From a candidate division WOR-3 bacterium (lineage in GTDB: Bacteria; Hydrothermota; Tepidihabitantia; SM23-42): a stretch of DNA of 64,000 nucleotides. Shown piece by piece: positions 21,999-32,353 of the stretch (the stretch's first letter is position 1; each line of letters begins with the position of its first letter). Below the pieces are notes generated by a model, which saw only the letters and a program-made list of their open reading frames with translations, did not search any database and was not told the origin of the DNA. Position numbers and translations under genes: made by a program. The stretch lies in the NCBI GenBank assembly GCA_029858255.1, contig JAOUFJ010000002.1, forward strand, positions 138,637 to 202,636, in the 5' to 3' direction.

Positions 21999-22923
21999 CT
22001 TTCCTCCTGAACCATTCAATGATCCGGATCAAACCGGCATTCAGGTCGACCTTGGGGGTCCAACCAAGTATCTCTTTTGCTTTCGCTATATCAGGTTTTC
22101 TCCTCTTAGGGTCATTTTCCGGCAGTGGCAGGAATTCCAATCCCGATGTGCTTAAGCACAACTTCTTTATGATATCAGCGACCTCAAGCATGGTGTATTC
22201 CTTTGGATTACCAATGTTAATCGGATAGGCATATCCAATTTTGACCGCCTTTGTTATGGCCTCAACCATATCGCTGATGTAGCAGAAACTCCTGGTTTGT
22301 TTGCCATCGCCGAAAATTGTCAGCGGCTCGTTCTTCAATGCCTGACTGATGAAAGTCGGGACTACCCGTCCATCTTCTTCCTTCATCCGTTCGCCGTAGG
22401 TGTTGAATATCCTGACGATCGTTGTTTCCACCTTATGCTCCCGGTTATACGCAGCAGTCAGCGCTTCAGCAAATCTCTTCCCTTCATCATATACCGCTCT
22501 CGGTCCAACCGGATTAACGTTTCCCCAGTAATCTTCTTTCTGTGGGTGTTGCTCGGGATCGCCATAAACCTCGCTAGTCGAAGCCAGCAGAAACTTTGCA
22601 TGTTCCCGCCTGCTTAGTTCAAGCATGTTGAATGTCCCCACTGATGAGGTACGCATTGTTTCGATCGGATATCTTAGGTAGTCAAACGGACTGGCGGGCG
22701 ATGCAAGATGCATAATGACATCGATCCCATCCGAGATCATATCAACATTACAAACATCTTCCTCGAGAAAAGTGATGCTCCCTCTGTTCAAGTGGTCTGC
22801 AATGTTCTCCCTGCGCCCGGTAATCAGACTGTCAATGACAATCACCTCATCACCAGCCGCAACATAATGATCAACAAGATGTGATCCGATGAAACCTGCG
22901 CCACCTGTTATCAAAACCTTCAT
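21991..22923 (-). CDS. UDP-glucuronate decarboxylase-like extended SDR (UDP-xylose synthase family)
   Basis: TGGAGFIGSH, HLASPASP, ASTSEVYGDP, YDEGKR, RIFNTYG. Confidence 0.9.
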   Translation of the reverse strand: MKVLITGGAGFIGSHLVDHYVAAGDEVIVIDSLITGRRENIADHLNRGSITFLEEDVCNVDMISDGIDVIMHLASPASPFDYLRYPIETMRTSSVGTFNMLELSRREHAKFLLASTSEVYGDPEQHPQKEDYWGNVNPVGPRAVYDEGKRFAEALTAAYNREHKVETTIVRIFNTYGERMKEEDGRVVPTFISQALKNEPLTIFGDGKQTRSFCYISDMVEAITKAVKIGYAYPINIGNPKEYTMLEVADIIKKLCLSTSGLEFLPLPENDPKRRKPDIAKAKEILGWTPKVDLNAGLIRIIEWFRRKDD

Positions 22924-24209
22924 CGGCCTATTCCACTATAGATGAACCCCAACTCCTTCATCTTCTCCGGTTGAAATACATTACGCCCGTCGACAAATAC
23001 TGGTTGACGCATGGCTTTCTTCACCTTCTGTAAATCCATTTTTTCAAATTCCGCCCATTCGGTAACGAGCACTATCGCATCGACATCCTCTGCTACATCA
23101 TAAGCATTATCACAATAATCGATATCCGGCATTATTTTCTTTGCTCTTTCCATGGCCACAGGATCGTACGCTTTGACGGTCGCACCCTCGCTCATTAATT
23201 GGCTAATAATCGTAATAGACGGCGCAAATCTCATGTCATCTGTGTTGGGTTTGAAAGCAAGGCCCAAAACTCCAATCTTCTTGCCCCTGAGATTCCACAG
23301 CAATTCTTCGGTCTTCTTGACGACCCTGCGCATCTGTTCCTCATTGATATTTTCAACTTCTTTCAAAAGACGAAAGTCATAACCAAGTTTTGCTGATATG
23401 CCGATGAAAGCCTTCAGATCCTTGGGAAAACAGAATCCACCGAAACCAGCACCGGCGTTCAAAAAATCACGTCCGATTCTCTTGTCCAACCCCATTCCTT
23501 CGGCTACCTTTGTAACATCGCCACCCGATCTCTCACAAATGATCGAAAGCGCGTTCATGAAGGATATCTTAGTTGAAAGAAAAGAATTTGATGCGTGCTT
23601 TATCAACTCGGCACTCGCTATATCAGTGACTATCTTCGGCGATTCAATGGGACGGTAAAGCTCAAGGAGTTTCTCCTCTGCCCGTTTGCTTTCAACACCC
23701 AGAACGATCCGGTCCGCGTATAAGAAATCATTTATTGCAGAACCTTCCCGCAGGAACTCAGGATTCGAAGCCACATCGAACTCGCTACCGTGTTTGTTAA
23801 ATCTTTCGACCACCATGCGTACCCATTGACCTGTCTGTACGGGTACCGTACTCTTCTCGATTATGATCTTGTAATCACGCATAGCTGCGCCGATCTCTAT
23901 CGCCACCTGTTCGATGCTCGACAGATCAGGTTCTCCATTATCCTTGGGAGGAGTACCCACGGCAATGAATACGAAGAATGACTTATCGACACCTTCACCA
24001 GTATTGCTCGTGAAACTGAGCCTGCCGGCTTTCACGTTCTTCTTCACCAATTCCTCAAGCCCCGGCTCATAGATGGGTATACCGCCGTTTTTCAACACAT
24101 CGATTTTACTTGTGTCGTTATCAACACAAATGACTTCGTGACCGATCTCAGCAAAGCAAGTTCCCGAAACAAGACCAACATAACCCGTGCCTATCATGCA
24201 CACCTTCAT
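22920..24209 (-). CDS. ugd: UDP-glucose 6-dehydrogenase
   Basis: GTGYVG, KSTVP, SNPEFLREG, GFGGFCFPKD, AFKPNTDD. Confidence 0.92.
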   Translation of the reverse strand: MKVCMIGTGYVGLVSGTCFAEIGHEVICVDNDTSKIDVLKNGGIPIYEPGLEELVKKNVKAGRLSFTSNTGEGVDKSFFVFIAVGTPPKDNGEPDLSSIEQVAIEIGAAMRDYKIIIEKSTVPVQTGQWVRMVVERFNKHGSEFDVASNPEFLREGSAINDFLYADRIVLGVESKRAEEKLLELYRPIESPKIVTDIASAELIKHASNSFLSTKISFMNALSIICERSGGDVTKVAEGMGLDKRIGRDFLNAGAGFGGFCFPKDLKAFIGISAKLGYDFRLLKEVENINEEQMRRVVKKTEELLWNLRGKKIGVLGLAFKPNTDDMRFAPSITIISQLMSEGATVKAYDPVAMERAKKIMPDIDYCDNAYDVAEDVDAIVLVTEWAEFEKMDLQKVKKAMRQPVFVDGRNVFQPEKMKELGFIYSGIGR

Positions 24210-24251
24210 CAAAATCCTCCTTCCAATATAATCTTGTTCAATAATCCAATT

Positions 24252-25199
24252 TTAACGCCGTCTGTAAAACAGAAACAACACACCGCCGATGAGGGAATAG
24301 ACAAAAATAATAAAAAATGATAATAGCGACATAGCCAGAGAAACCTCACCGTCAAGCCCTACTCGCGAAAATAGAAGAACATAGGAATTCTCCCGTATAC
24401 CGAGTCCATTAAGTGACACCGGGATCATGGATACGACGTTTATGATGGGAACATAAAGAAAAAAAGGAATGATCCCGACCTCGGTATGCCCCATGCCCAA
24501 CAAGACAAAGAACGGGGCGATCGCCAGTGTTGTTTGTATGATGACTGAATGAACAATACACAATGCGATCGTACCCCAAGCTCCACCGAATTCGGTTCCT
24601 GCCGCATGTAACCGGTTGAGCCTCTCACCGAGTTGTAATAACCTCATCCTGCTGATAAGCGGTGAGAAAGTATTGTAAGCTTTTTGTGAAAAGAAAACGT
24701 ATGTAACCAGCAGAACAATACTCAGTCCAACTACCATGAAAGGAAGAAATTCAGTATCGTTTCTCATTACTAACAGATAAAAAACCGCAATCAGAGCAAA
24801 AATGAACAGACCGACAAAACCCAGTATTCGATCGACGATAACCGTTGCCAGTGAATCAGCTCGGCGGTCCTTCATTGTATATACTACACGCATCATATCA
24901 CCGCCGACTGTTGTCGGTAGAAAGTTGTTGAAAAAAAGAGAAATAAAGTATATCACCAGCGTACGCCCAAAAGGTATGTTGAATTTTTTGAAATCAAGCA
25001 ACACTTGCCAGCGCCATGCTGAAACGAGGATAAAAATAAGATAAGGTACCGACGCATAAAGAAGATACCTTCCGCTGACACCACGAATATTTACCAGTAT
25101 TTCCTTTATATCGAGTGCCCAGAAAAGGAATATGATCAGGCCTAAACCAACAACGACCCGGGCAATCGTCAACAATGTTCTAAACTTTGGGTTTTTCAA
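24252..25199 (-). CDS. Lysylphosphatidylglycerol synthase TM-region (flippase-like) protein
   Basis: AWRWQVLL, FFNNFLPTTVGGD, IPVSLNGLGIRE. Confidence 0.85.
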   Translation of the reverse strand: MKNPKFRTLLTIARVVVGLGLIIFLFWALDIKEILVNIRGVSGRYLLYASVPYLIFILVSAWRWQVLLDFKKFNIPFGRTLVIYFISLFFNNFLPTTVGGDMMRVVYTMKDRRADSLATVIVDRILGFVGLFIFALIAVFYLLVMRNDTEFLPFMVVGLSIVLLVTYVFFSQKAYNTFSPLISRMRLLQLGERLNRLHAAGTEFGGAWGTIALCIVHSVIIQTTLAIAPFFVLLGMGHTEVGIIPFFLYVPIINVVSMIPVSLNGLGIRENSYVLLFSRVGLDGEVSLAMSLLSFFIIFVYSLIGGVLFLFYRRR

Positions 25200-26064
25200 G
25201 ATGGTCCAGTATAGCGCGTATCGATTCTCCTATTAGCGCCAGTGAAAAGAAAAGGATGCCAGATATAACTAATAGAATAACCAGATACAGGAGAGGACGA
25301 AAGCCATATCCAAAAAGCCTCAGGACGATCGACAAAATTCCTACGGCAACTCCTGCAAGGACCGAGAAAAGACCGATGGTGCCAAAATAGAGCAAAGGTT
25401 TCTTCATGAAAGACAGCTGAAATTTCACTGCAAGCAAATCAAAGAACCCAATTAAAATGCGTGACTTCTGCTGGTATTTCGGAAGACCGTACTTCCGGGG
25501 GCGAATGTCCACTTTTATTTCACCGATCCGGTAGCCGGCTTCCTTTGCCAGAGGCACCAGAAAGCGATGCCAATCCTTGCGCAGCGGTATATCGTTAAGA
25601 ACATCTTTCCTTACCGCTTTGATCGCGTTCATATCGTGTACCTCGAGACCGAACAGCTTCTTCGCCCATAAATTATACGTATTTGACACAAATTTCTTAT
25701 CGTATTTCCCTTGTTTCCAACCTGTGGCAATATCGAATCCGTTATCGATCAGCGCGATCAATCTGGGAATGTCGTTTGGGTCATATTGCATATCGGCGTC
25801 AAATATCACTATGACATCGCCTTTCGCCGCCTTCGCTCCGGACATTATAGCTTGCGTTTTGCCCATATTCCTTTTATGCCGGACGCAACGTAAATAACGT
25901 CTCTTATGCTTTTTCAATATATCGGACGTTCCGTCTTCGGAGCCGTCGTCGACTAAGATAACCTCATAGTTTCGCTTCTTTTCAACAAATTTGTCGAATT
26001 CCTCGATGAGAAGCGGTATGTTTACTGCTTCATTATATGCAGGAACTACAACAGAAACCTTCAT
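25180..26064 (-). CDS. Glycosyltransferase family 2 (polyprenol-phosphate glycosyltransferase-like)
   Basis: VVVPAYNE, VDDGSEDGT, FDADMQ; two C-terminal TM. Confidence 0.9.
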   Translation of the reverse strand: MKVSVVVPAYNEAVNIPLLIEEFDKFVEKKRNYEVILVDDGSEDGTSDILKKHKRRYLRCVRHKRNMGKTQAIMSGAKAAKGDVIVIFDADMQYDPNDIPRLIALIDNGFDIATGWKQGKYDKKFVSNTYNLWAKKLFGLEVHDMNAIKAVRKDVLNDIPLRKDWHRFLVPLAKEAGYRIGEIKVDIRPRKYGLPKYQQKSRILIGFFDLLAVKFQLSFMKKPLLYFGTIGLFSVLAGVAVGILSIVLRLFGYGFRPLLYLVILLVISGILFFSLALIGESIRAILDHLEKPKV

Positions 26065-26127
26065 GTCTGATTATATGAAATCTCGTTACTTAGTCAAGAG
26101 GAGAACCAAAAATACAGCTTTCACTTC

Positions 26128-26724
26128 TCATACAGCAGGCAAAGTATCTGACAGCGCTATGATGGTAAGCTGACAGATCCTCTTGAGCGTCTCTAATATA
26201 CCGATGTTTCTAATTGCGACGCTCTCGAAATACTGATAATCTTCATTATTCAATTGTGTTTGGAGCTCTTTGATCTCCATGATGTTCGGTAGATCACGTT
26301 TGTTGTACTGAATTATCATCGGAATATCCTTCAGGATTAAATCATACGCTCTCAGATTATCCTGCAGGTTGTACATACTCTCGATGTTCTCCTCCAACCG
26401 TTCCCGCTGAGAATCGACCACAAAAACCAATCCATCGACGTTTCTCAAAACCAGTCTGCGCGATGCATTATAGTAAACCTGACCAGGTACCGTATACAGA
26501 TGGAACCGTAGTTTCCAACCCTTGATCTCACCCACATCAATAGGCAGGAAATCAAAGAATATTGTTTGGTCCAGATCGGTTGCAAGACTCATCATCTGGC
26601 CCTTTCGGTCAGACGATAATTTAGCATATATCGAACGCAAATTGGTCGTCTTGCCACCCAGGCTCGTCCCGTAGTACACGATCTTGAGGTTGAGCTCTTT
26701 ATTGGCGTAGTTTAAGTTCGCCAT
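26128..26724 (-). CDS. MglA-like small GTPase
   Basis: LKIVYYG...GKTTNL, TIFFDFLP, LYTVPGQVYYNASR, YNKRDLP. Confidence 0.9.
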   Translation of the reverse strand: MANLNYANKELNLKIVYYGTSLGGKTTNLRSIYAKLSSDRKGQMMSLATDLDQTIFFDFLPIDVGEIKGWKLRFHLYTVPGQVYYNASRRLVLRNVDGLVFVVDSQRERLEENIESMYNLQDNLRAYDLILKDIPMIIQYNKRDLPNIMEIKELQTQLNNEDYQYFESVAIRNIGILETLKRICQLTIIALSDTLPAV

Positions 26725-26727
26725 AGT

Positions 26728-28215
26728 TCAGGTTATTTCAACAAGATTAAGTGAATTATCCACCGTAAACGTACTAATACCGTCGGTCAGGACCGGTGCC
26801 GGGTTACCTTCTCCAAAAGGCACCAGGGTCTTGAGCATGGCCACGTCTGATTTACGCAAGAAAGCCTCGGGTTTAGGCTCCATCGATTTACAGTCATCCA
26901 AAATATCAGGAGCTTGATGCTCTACATATTCTTTGAACTCACGAAGGAAAACTTCAAGATACCTTTTCTCCATCGAAAAACCAGCCGCTTTCTTATGCCC
27001 TCCGAAATCCAGGAAAAACTTTCGCATCCGGTAGAGCAACTTGTACAGGTCGAAATCGCAACTCCGTAATTCACCTATGCATTTTTCATTTCTTATGCCA
27101 ATTATCAAAGAATTGCGCTTAAAATAATCGCGTAGACGCGCTGCAACAGAACCAAGAAAGTGCTGCTTAGAAAGGGGCACGAGCGAAATAACCAGCCTCG
27201 ACGTCACCTCGGCACTCGATATCACCTCACTGAACATGTTGTCAATTTCCTGCCGGCGTCTTTGATCCGTGTCTTTCAGAGTAGAGTAGATGTCTCGGAC
27301 CCTACTCAAATCATTTTCAACAAAGAAATCGACACCCAATCTCGGATCGATATAAGCTGCCGAGCCGATTGTCGGCAAGACTTCTTTGAGTACCCTGTGC
27401 ATTTCGACCTCACCATACTCTCTAAGACACACAGCCCACGCTTCATCGACATGATTGACCAAACTCAACCCATGGATACAGAATACCCTGTTCTCGTCAC
27501 ATAACGCGACACGGTCTGCAAAAGTGCCGATACAAACGATGGGATAGAATGATTTCTTCAAACCATAGAATTCATTCGCGCTCATGCTGAAAAACTCCTG
27601 ATAGAGGAACTGCGCGAGTTTAAAGGCAACACCAACACCAGCCAGGTCCCGGAAAGGATATCGTGAATCCTGTCGCTTCGGGTTCACTGCAGCAATCGGA
27701 AAATCGGTGCGCTTAGTCTCATGGTGGTCGCAAATAATCGCCTTCAATCCCTCTTGTTCGGCAATACGAAAGTTCTCTTCATTGCTGATGCCAAAATCTA
27801 CGGTCAGAAGCAACCTAACTCCCTTCTCTCGATACGAAGAAAGAACCTGAGGATTCAATACGTAACCATCCTTCTCACGAATGATCGGGTAAACATGCAC
27901 GGCGCCGCTGCCCTTGGTAATATCATCCAATGCCTTGTACATGACTGCGGCCGATGTATATCCGTCTACATCGTCGTGCGTGTAAATGAGTATCCCCTCC
28001 CCACCTTTTGCCGCGGTTATGATCTCTTCAGCAGCACGGGCGATGTCCGGCAACAAACCAGGATCGTGGAGCTGTGAAGAATCCGGATAGAGATACCTTT
28101 TTGCCTCGCTATACTCTGGATAGCGTCGGGCAATAATTTCTGCCACCTCCCGCGGAATCGAAAAATCGGTGGCATATTTTTCAACGAGCATTTTGTCGGC
28201 ATCACGCAGTGACAT
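26728..28215 (-). CDS. RecJ-like DHH phosphoesterase
   Basis: DDVDGYTS, TVDFG, CDHH, LAGVGVAFKL, FGGHKKAAG, PFGEGNP. Confidence 0.85.
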   Translation of the reverse strand: MSLRDADKMLVEKYATDFSIPREVAEIIARRYPEYSEAKRYLYPDSSQLHDPGLLPDIARAAEEIITAAKGGEGILIYTHDDVDGYTSAAVMYKALDDITKGSGAVHVYPIIREKDGYVLNPQVLSSYREKGVRLLLTVDFGISNEENFRIAEQEGLKAIICDHHETKRTDFPIAAVNPKRQDSRYPFRDLAGVGVAFKLAQFLYQEFFSMSANEFYGLKKSFYPIVCIGTFADRVALCDENRVFCIHGLSLVNHVDEAWAVCLREYGEVEMHRVLKEVLPTIGSAAYIDPRLGVDFFVENDLSRVRDIYSTLKDTDQRRRQEIDNMFSEVISSAEVTSRLVISLVPLSKQHFLGSVAARLRDYFKRNSLIIGIRNEKCIGELRSCDFDLYKLLYRMRKFFLDFGGHKKAAGFSMEKRYLEVFLREFKEYVEHQAPDILDDCKSMEPKPEAFLRKSDVAMLKTLVPFGEGNPAPVLTDGISTFTVDNSLNLVEIT

Positions 28216-28642
28216 TTTTGCCTAACTCCCGCGATTTACCTTCCCCTGACTTGTCGGGCTCAATACGCGCCCGGAGGAAAGTCAGTATCTCTTCGTGTTC
28301 CTCGGGCATGAGTACGAACACGCCCCTGAATTGATTCAGAAACGTCTTGCGGCGAAACGGGCTGAGAAGTACCCCATTCTTTCCCACATAAACCCGTCTG
28401 AATTCCGATAATTTTCGTTTCTGAGTCATGAAAATATTCTTTATTATGATCTCCTCATCGTTGATATCATACGCAGTTGGGAAGAAATAAGAATGCACGG
28501 ATACGAAGAGTATGATGAAACCAAAGAGACTCCAGAAAAGACCGTAAAACACAGCCACGATGACAACGAAGGCGACGATGAAAATAGCACTCAACACTGC
28601 TTTGTTGAGATTCCGCTTGGCAGGATGTACATTCCAATTCAT
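28202..28642 (-). CDS. Hypothetical membrane protein
   Basis: Two TM helices plus a soluble tail; overlaps the recJ-like start. Confidence 0.7.
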   Translation of the reverse strand: MNWNVHPAKRNLNKAVLSAIFIVAFVVIVAVFYGLFWSLFGFIILFVSVHSYFFPTAYDINDEEIIIKNIFMTQKRKLSEFRRVYVGKNGVLLSPFRRKTFLNQFRGVFVLMPEEHEEILTFLRARIEPDKSGEGKSRELGKNVTA

Positions 28643-28760
28643 AGGCTTTGCCTTGTGCTATTTCCCACCATGATAGTCGTCTATACTCTGTTTTAGCATT
28701 CCTAACTCAAAACTCTGAAATCATCAAGATAGATAAGGAGATAAGAAAACCCATAGAAAA

Positions 28761-28834
28761 TGGGCCCGGAGGGACTCGAACCCCCGACCCGCTGATTATG
28801 AGTCAGCTGCTCTAACCAACTGAGCTACAGGCCC
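28761..28834 (-). tRNA. tRNA with CAU anticodon, most likely tRNA-Ile2 (lysidine-modified)
   Basis: Reverse complement GGGCCTGTAGCTCAGTTGGTTAGAGCAGCTGACTCATAATCAGCGGGTCGGGGGTTCGAGTCCCTCCGGGCCCA; no fMet C1:A72 mismatch or GGG anticodon stem; TTGACA-16-TATAAT promoter at 28851-28878. Confidence 0.92.
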
Positions 28835-28904
28835 CACTACCATACGGCAAATTATAGTCAAGAACAGAGTTTTGTCAATCAACCACTCAAAATCTAGAAG
28901 ATGC

Positions 28905-28971
28905 TGTTTTGATCATTTGAATTTTGAGATTCGTATTTGTTTAGTATTTAGAATTTCTGATTTAGGACTTG
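28905..28971 (+). repeat. Dispersed 67-bp T-rich intergenic element, copy 2
   Basis: Ungapped alignment to the other 3 copies. Confidence 0.8.
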
Positions 28972-29063
28972 GCTTGGCCAGCCATAGCCATTGGCCTAAT
29001 TAACTCGGGTGAGGCCGTCTTGACTAGCACTCGTATTGTTTTATAATGTCCCAGGCTAAGCCA

Positions 29064-29879
29064 ATGTTAGTAAACGAAGTCAAATGCAAATCAATACTCA
29101 ATAAATCAGGCATTTCAGTCATTGACTACGCAATTAACCCCTATTATGGATGTGCCCACAAATGCCAATACTGCTATGCCGTCTTCATGAAGAGATTCAC
29201 CGGACATACAGAACCTTGGGGTGACTTTGTCGATGCAAAGGTGAACGGTCCGGAAGTGCTGGCACAGCAGCTCCAAAGACTGAAAAAGCGCAGCCGGATC
29301 TCATTCGGCACAGTCTGCGACCCTTACCAACCACTTGAATTAAAATATCAAATAACTCGAAAATGTCTTGAAATATTAATACCTTACCGCCATCGTGTAT
29401 CCATTTTGACAAAGTCGGCGATCGTCATTCGTGATGCCGACGTTCTGCGTAGGCTTTACAAGGTAAGGGTTAGTTTCACAATAACATCTATGGAAGAGAA
29501 GGTCAGAAAAGTATTTGAGCCGGCCACGCCTTCAGCAGAAATGAGATTCAAGGCGCTCCGAACACTCAGTCAGGATGGGATAAACACCAGCGTATTTGTC
29601 GCACCTGTCATCCCCTATATCTCTGATTCGCCCACTGCAATTGCTGATATCTTTAAAGCAGCCAGAAGTGCCGGCGCCGATTATGTGATGTTTGATACTC
29701 TGAATCCTTACCCAAAGGTGTGGCGCAATGTCCAGAGGCTCGTTAAGAACCAATTTCCTGACAAATTCGAATCCTTCAATACGTATTATACAAACCGGAA
29801 AATGTACAAAGTGCGCTTGCGGGAAAGGATCCGTAGTCTCGGAGAGAAATATCGCATAGACTACAGATTCGCTTTTTAG
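29064..29879 (+). CDS. Radical SAM protein, spore photoproduct lyase-like (Rv2578c family)
   Basis: INPYYGCAHKCQYCYA, VCDPYQPLE, ILTKS; the ATG at 29046 overlaps the -10 box, so 29064 is preferred. Confidence 0.85.
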   Translation: MLVNEVKCKSILNKSGISVIDYAINPYYGCAHKCQYCYAVFMKRFTGHTEPWGDFVDAKVNGPEVLAQQLQRLKKRSRISFGTVCDPYQPLELKYQITRKCLEILIPYRHRVSILTKSAIVIRDADVLRRLYKVRVSFTITSMEEKVRKVFEPATPSAEMRFKALRTLSQDGINTSVFVAPVIPYISDSPTAIADIFKAARSAGADYVMFDTLNPYPKVWRNVQRLVKNQFPDKFESFNTYYTNRKMYKVRLRERIRSLGEKYRIDYRFAF

Positions 29880-29939
29880 TCACCCCTGTCAGCGTTGCCG
29901 GATATCGTATGTGCAAATACCGTTGATCTACCGGAATCG

Positions 29940-30788
29940 TCATGACTCCCCGTAGGAAAGCAATTTCTCAATCGTATAATGCTTCCCGTCCTCTGCCGCC
30001 AGCACGGTGATCCCGGTTCTTTCTTTCAATTGCCGCGCAACATTCCAAGGGCCAGTTCTTAACATCGTCATGCCGAAATGTGTGATGATCGCCACCTTTG
30101 GCTTGATCCCGGATATTATTTCGGCACAATCATCGACAGATAAATGGTCTATCTCAGAGGGCCCCAACTTAATCAAATTCATTATGATCACGTCCGCCCG
30201 ATACGCGGAAATGAGTTCTGGGAAATACTTCGTATCTGTTACGTAGGAGATGGTGTGTTCCTTATACGAAAGTCTGAATCCGTAAGTTTCCACACGGTGC
30301 TCATGTCTGACAGGAAATAGGAATTGTAGGTTTCCAAGTCTGAAGTTAAGGTCCTTTCTGATAATAATGGTCTCATCGAGAAATCCGAGAAGGTATTTAT
30401 GAATGACGCCATCTTCTCCAAAGGCATCAGAAGGAGCCAACAAAAGACCACGTCTGTTATTACCGCCCTTGGTCATGACATCGAGATAGACGTTAACATC
30501 CCCACTGTGGTCGATGTGCTTGTGTGTAAGGATTATGGCGTCGATTCTTTCTGGGCTGAATTCTGGCAGGTAGGTCAGAAGCCGATACAGTGATTCGGGA
30601 CCAGGATCAACGAGCACATTCCTGCCCCCGATTCTGAACAACATACCACCAGTTGCCCTTAACTGCTTAGCGATTACATATCGCGCGCCGCCAGTACCAA
30701 GAAAAACAATCTCGTCTGTATCGGCACGTTCCAGATTGTTATTAGCCGACGGTCCGGTTATTCTTTTCTTCCCCGATGTTTTTTTCAT
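29940..30788 (-). CDS. MBL-fold metallo-hydrolase
   Basis: FLGTGG, VDPGP, THKHIDHSGD, TDT, THFG. Confidence 0.88.
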   Translation of the reverse strand: MKKTSGKKRITGPSANNNLERADTDEIVFLGTGGARYVIAKQLRATGGMLFRIGGRNVLVDPGPESLYRLLTYLPEFSPERIDAIILTHKHIDHSGDVNVYLDVMTKGGNNRRGLLLAPSDAFGEDGVIHKYLLGFLDETIIIRKDLNFRLGNLQFLFPVRHEHRVETYGFRLSYKEHTISYVTDTKYFPELISAYRADVIIMNLIKLGPSEIDHLSVDDCAEIISGIKPKVAIITHFGMTMLRTGPWNVARQLKERTGITVLAAEDGKHYTIEKLLSYGES

Positions 30789-30831
30789 CCGTTAAGTTGC
30801 GGTAAAGTGTCAGTTAATGAACTCTGCGATC

Positions 30832-31887
30832 TCAGGACTGCCCATCAGTACCGAGTCGTTTTCTAATGTATTCGGCGCGTCTGATGTCCCTGTCCTGTTC
30901 TTCCAATAACTCGCCGAAATAAAGTTGAATGTTTGCTGGCCTTGATATGACCATTATTTCATTGAGCGTCTGTAGTGTTATGTCTTTGACAATCCCAACG
31001 CCGACACCGAACCTTAACGCAGACAGCAAATTGAGAACTTCGATACTGTTAATGGTCCGTGCAGCTCTTAGAATCGCCACGCTGCGAAAAATCTTGTCTT
31101 CAAACTCACTGCGTGCCTTCGTCATTATGACATCACGAGCTTTTTTCTCAATATCGATAATCATCTTCGCCAGTTTCGTTATTCTCTCGAGCAGATCATC
31201 CTCTTTGAAACCAATCGTATACTGGTTCGATATTTGAAAAAGGCTTCCCCTGATCTCACTTCCCTCTCCATAAATGCCTCTAACGGTCATACCTATCTGA
31301 AGTGCACCCTTCAATACCTTCTCGACCTCATTCGTAAAAACCAGACCGGGAAGATGCATGAACACCGATGCCCTCATCCCCGTCCCGATATTGGTGAGGC
31401 ATGAGGTAAGAAAACCATAGCCATCATTATATGCAAAACTGACGTTGTCACCGATGAACTCTTCGGTTCTGAACACTTCGCTTGAGAGATTGGTGAAATT
31501 CAGGCCGCAACCGATGCCTTGAAACCGCAAGTGGTCTTCTTCATTTATCATCACTGAAAGATTTCCGCCCTCACTTATGAATACGCTTGTGGGTTTCTCC
31601 TTGGTGATAAAACCAGGCGAAACAAGATGGCATTCGAGTAGTGATTCTCTCTCCAACGGTTTCAACTCACGCAAATTCAGGAACTCACCATTTATTTTGC
31701 CATCTATTATCGAACGTATCAAACCGATCAGATATTCAGCATCGGATTGTTTCATCTTCAATTCAAAAGGAATACTGTCAAGGTTCCGGGCGATTCTTAT
31801 GCGTGATGACACGACGATCTCACTCTCCTCCCCGCACGGCAGTGTTTTGTCCGATGAGGGGATCAGCCAGCGGATATTATCAAACAT
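30832..31887 (-). CDS. mcsB: Protein-arginine kinase McsB
   Basis: SSRIRIARN, NEEDHLR, TSCLTNIGTGMRAS, RGIYGEGS, QISNQ. Confidence 0.92.
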   Translation of the reverse strand: MFDNIRWLIPSSDKTLPCGEESEIVVSSRIRIARNLDSIPFELKMKQSDAEYLIGLIRSIIDGKINGEFLNLRELKPLERESLLECHLVSPGFITKEKPTSVFISEGGNLSVMINEEDHLRFQGIGCGLNFTNLSSEVFRTEEFIGDNVSFAYNDGYGFLTSCLTNIGTGMRASVFMHLPGLVFTNEVEKVLKGALQIGMTVRGIYGEGSEIRGSLFQISNQYTIGFKEDDLLERITKLAKMIIDIEKKARDVIMTKARSEFEDKIFRSVAILRAARTINSIEVLNLLSALRFGVGVGIVKDITLQTLNEIMVISRPANIQLYFGELLEEQDRDIRRAEYIRKRLGTDGQS

Positions 31888-32353
31888 CTTCGACACCATA
31901 GCCCTTGAGTTTATCCCTTATCTTAGCAGCATCTTCATACGCTTCACTGTCCAGGGCTTTCTTGAGGTCTTCTCGTAACTTGTAGATCTCAAACCCTTCC
32001 TTGGTGCCGGAAGAAGACTTCCTGCCTATATGACGATCGCTCTGATGGATCTGCTTGATTAGATGCCTGATGTGATCATCAAACGTAGCAACGCATTGAG
32101 CACAACCGAACCGTCCCACTCTCTTGAATTCAGCCAAAGACATGTAACAACTCGGGCAGATCACTTTTTCGTCCTGGGCACTCTTCTGCCTAAGCAGCTT
32201 CTGAAGAATCTCCAGGGGCGATAATTTCTTAGTTCCAAGCAGTCCTCGTTTGGATGCACACTCATCGCAGAGATGCAATTCAACAGTTTTATCGGGCAGT
32301 ACTTCCTTAAAAAAAATCGAGGCCGGCTTGTTCTTACAGTCGTCACACAGCAT
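31880..32353 (-). CDS. mcsA: McsA (UvrB/UvrC-motif protein-arginine kinase activator)
   Basis: Four CxxC motifs, GRFGCAQC, EAYEDAAKIRD UVR motif. Confidence 0.9.
   Translation of the reverse strand: MLCDDCKNKPASIFFKEVLPDKTVELHLCDECASKRGLLGTKKLSPLEILQKLLRQKSAQDEKVICPSCYMSLAEFKRVGRFGCAQCVATFDDHIRHLIKQIHQSDRHIGRKSSSGTKEGFEIYKLREDLKKALDSEAYEDAAKIRDKLKGYGVEDV

Noticed and set aside
28761-28834. tRNA genes as attachment sites of an integrated island
   Set aside because: No integrase and no duplicated tRNA 3' end found in the window.
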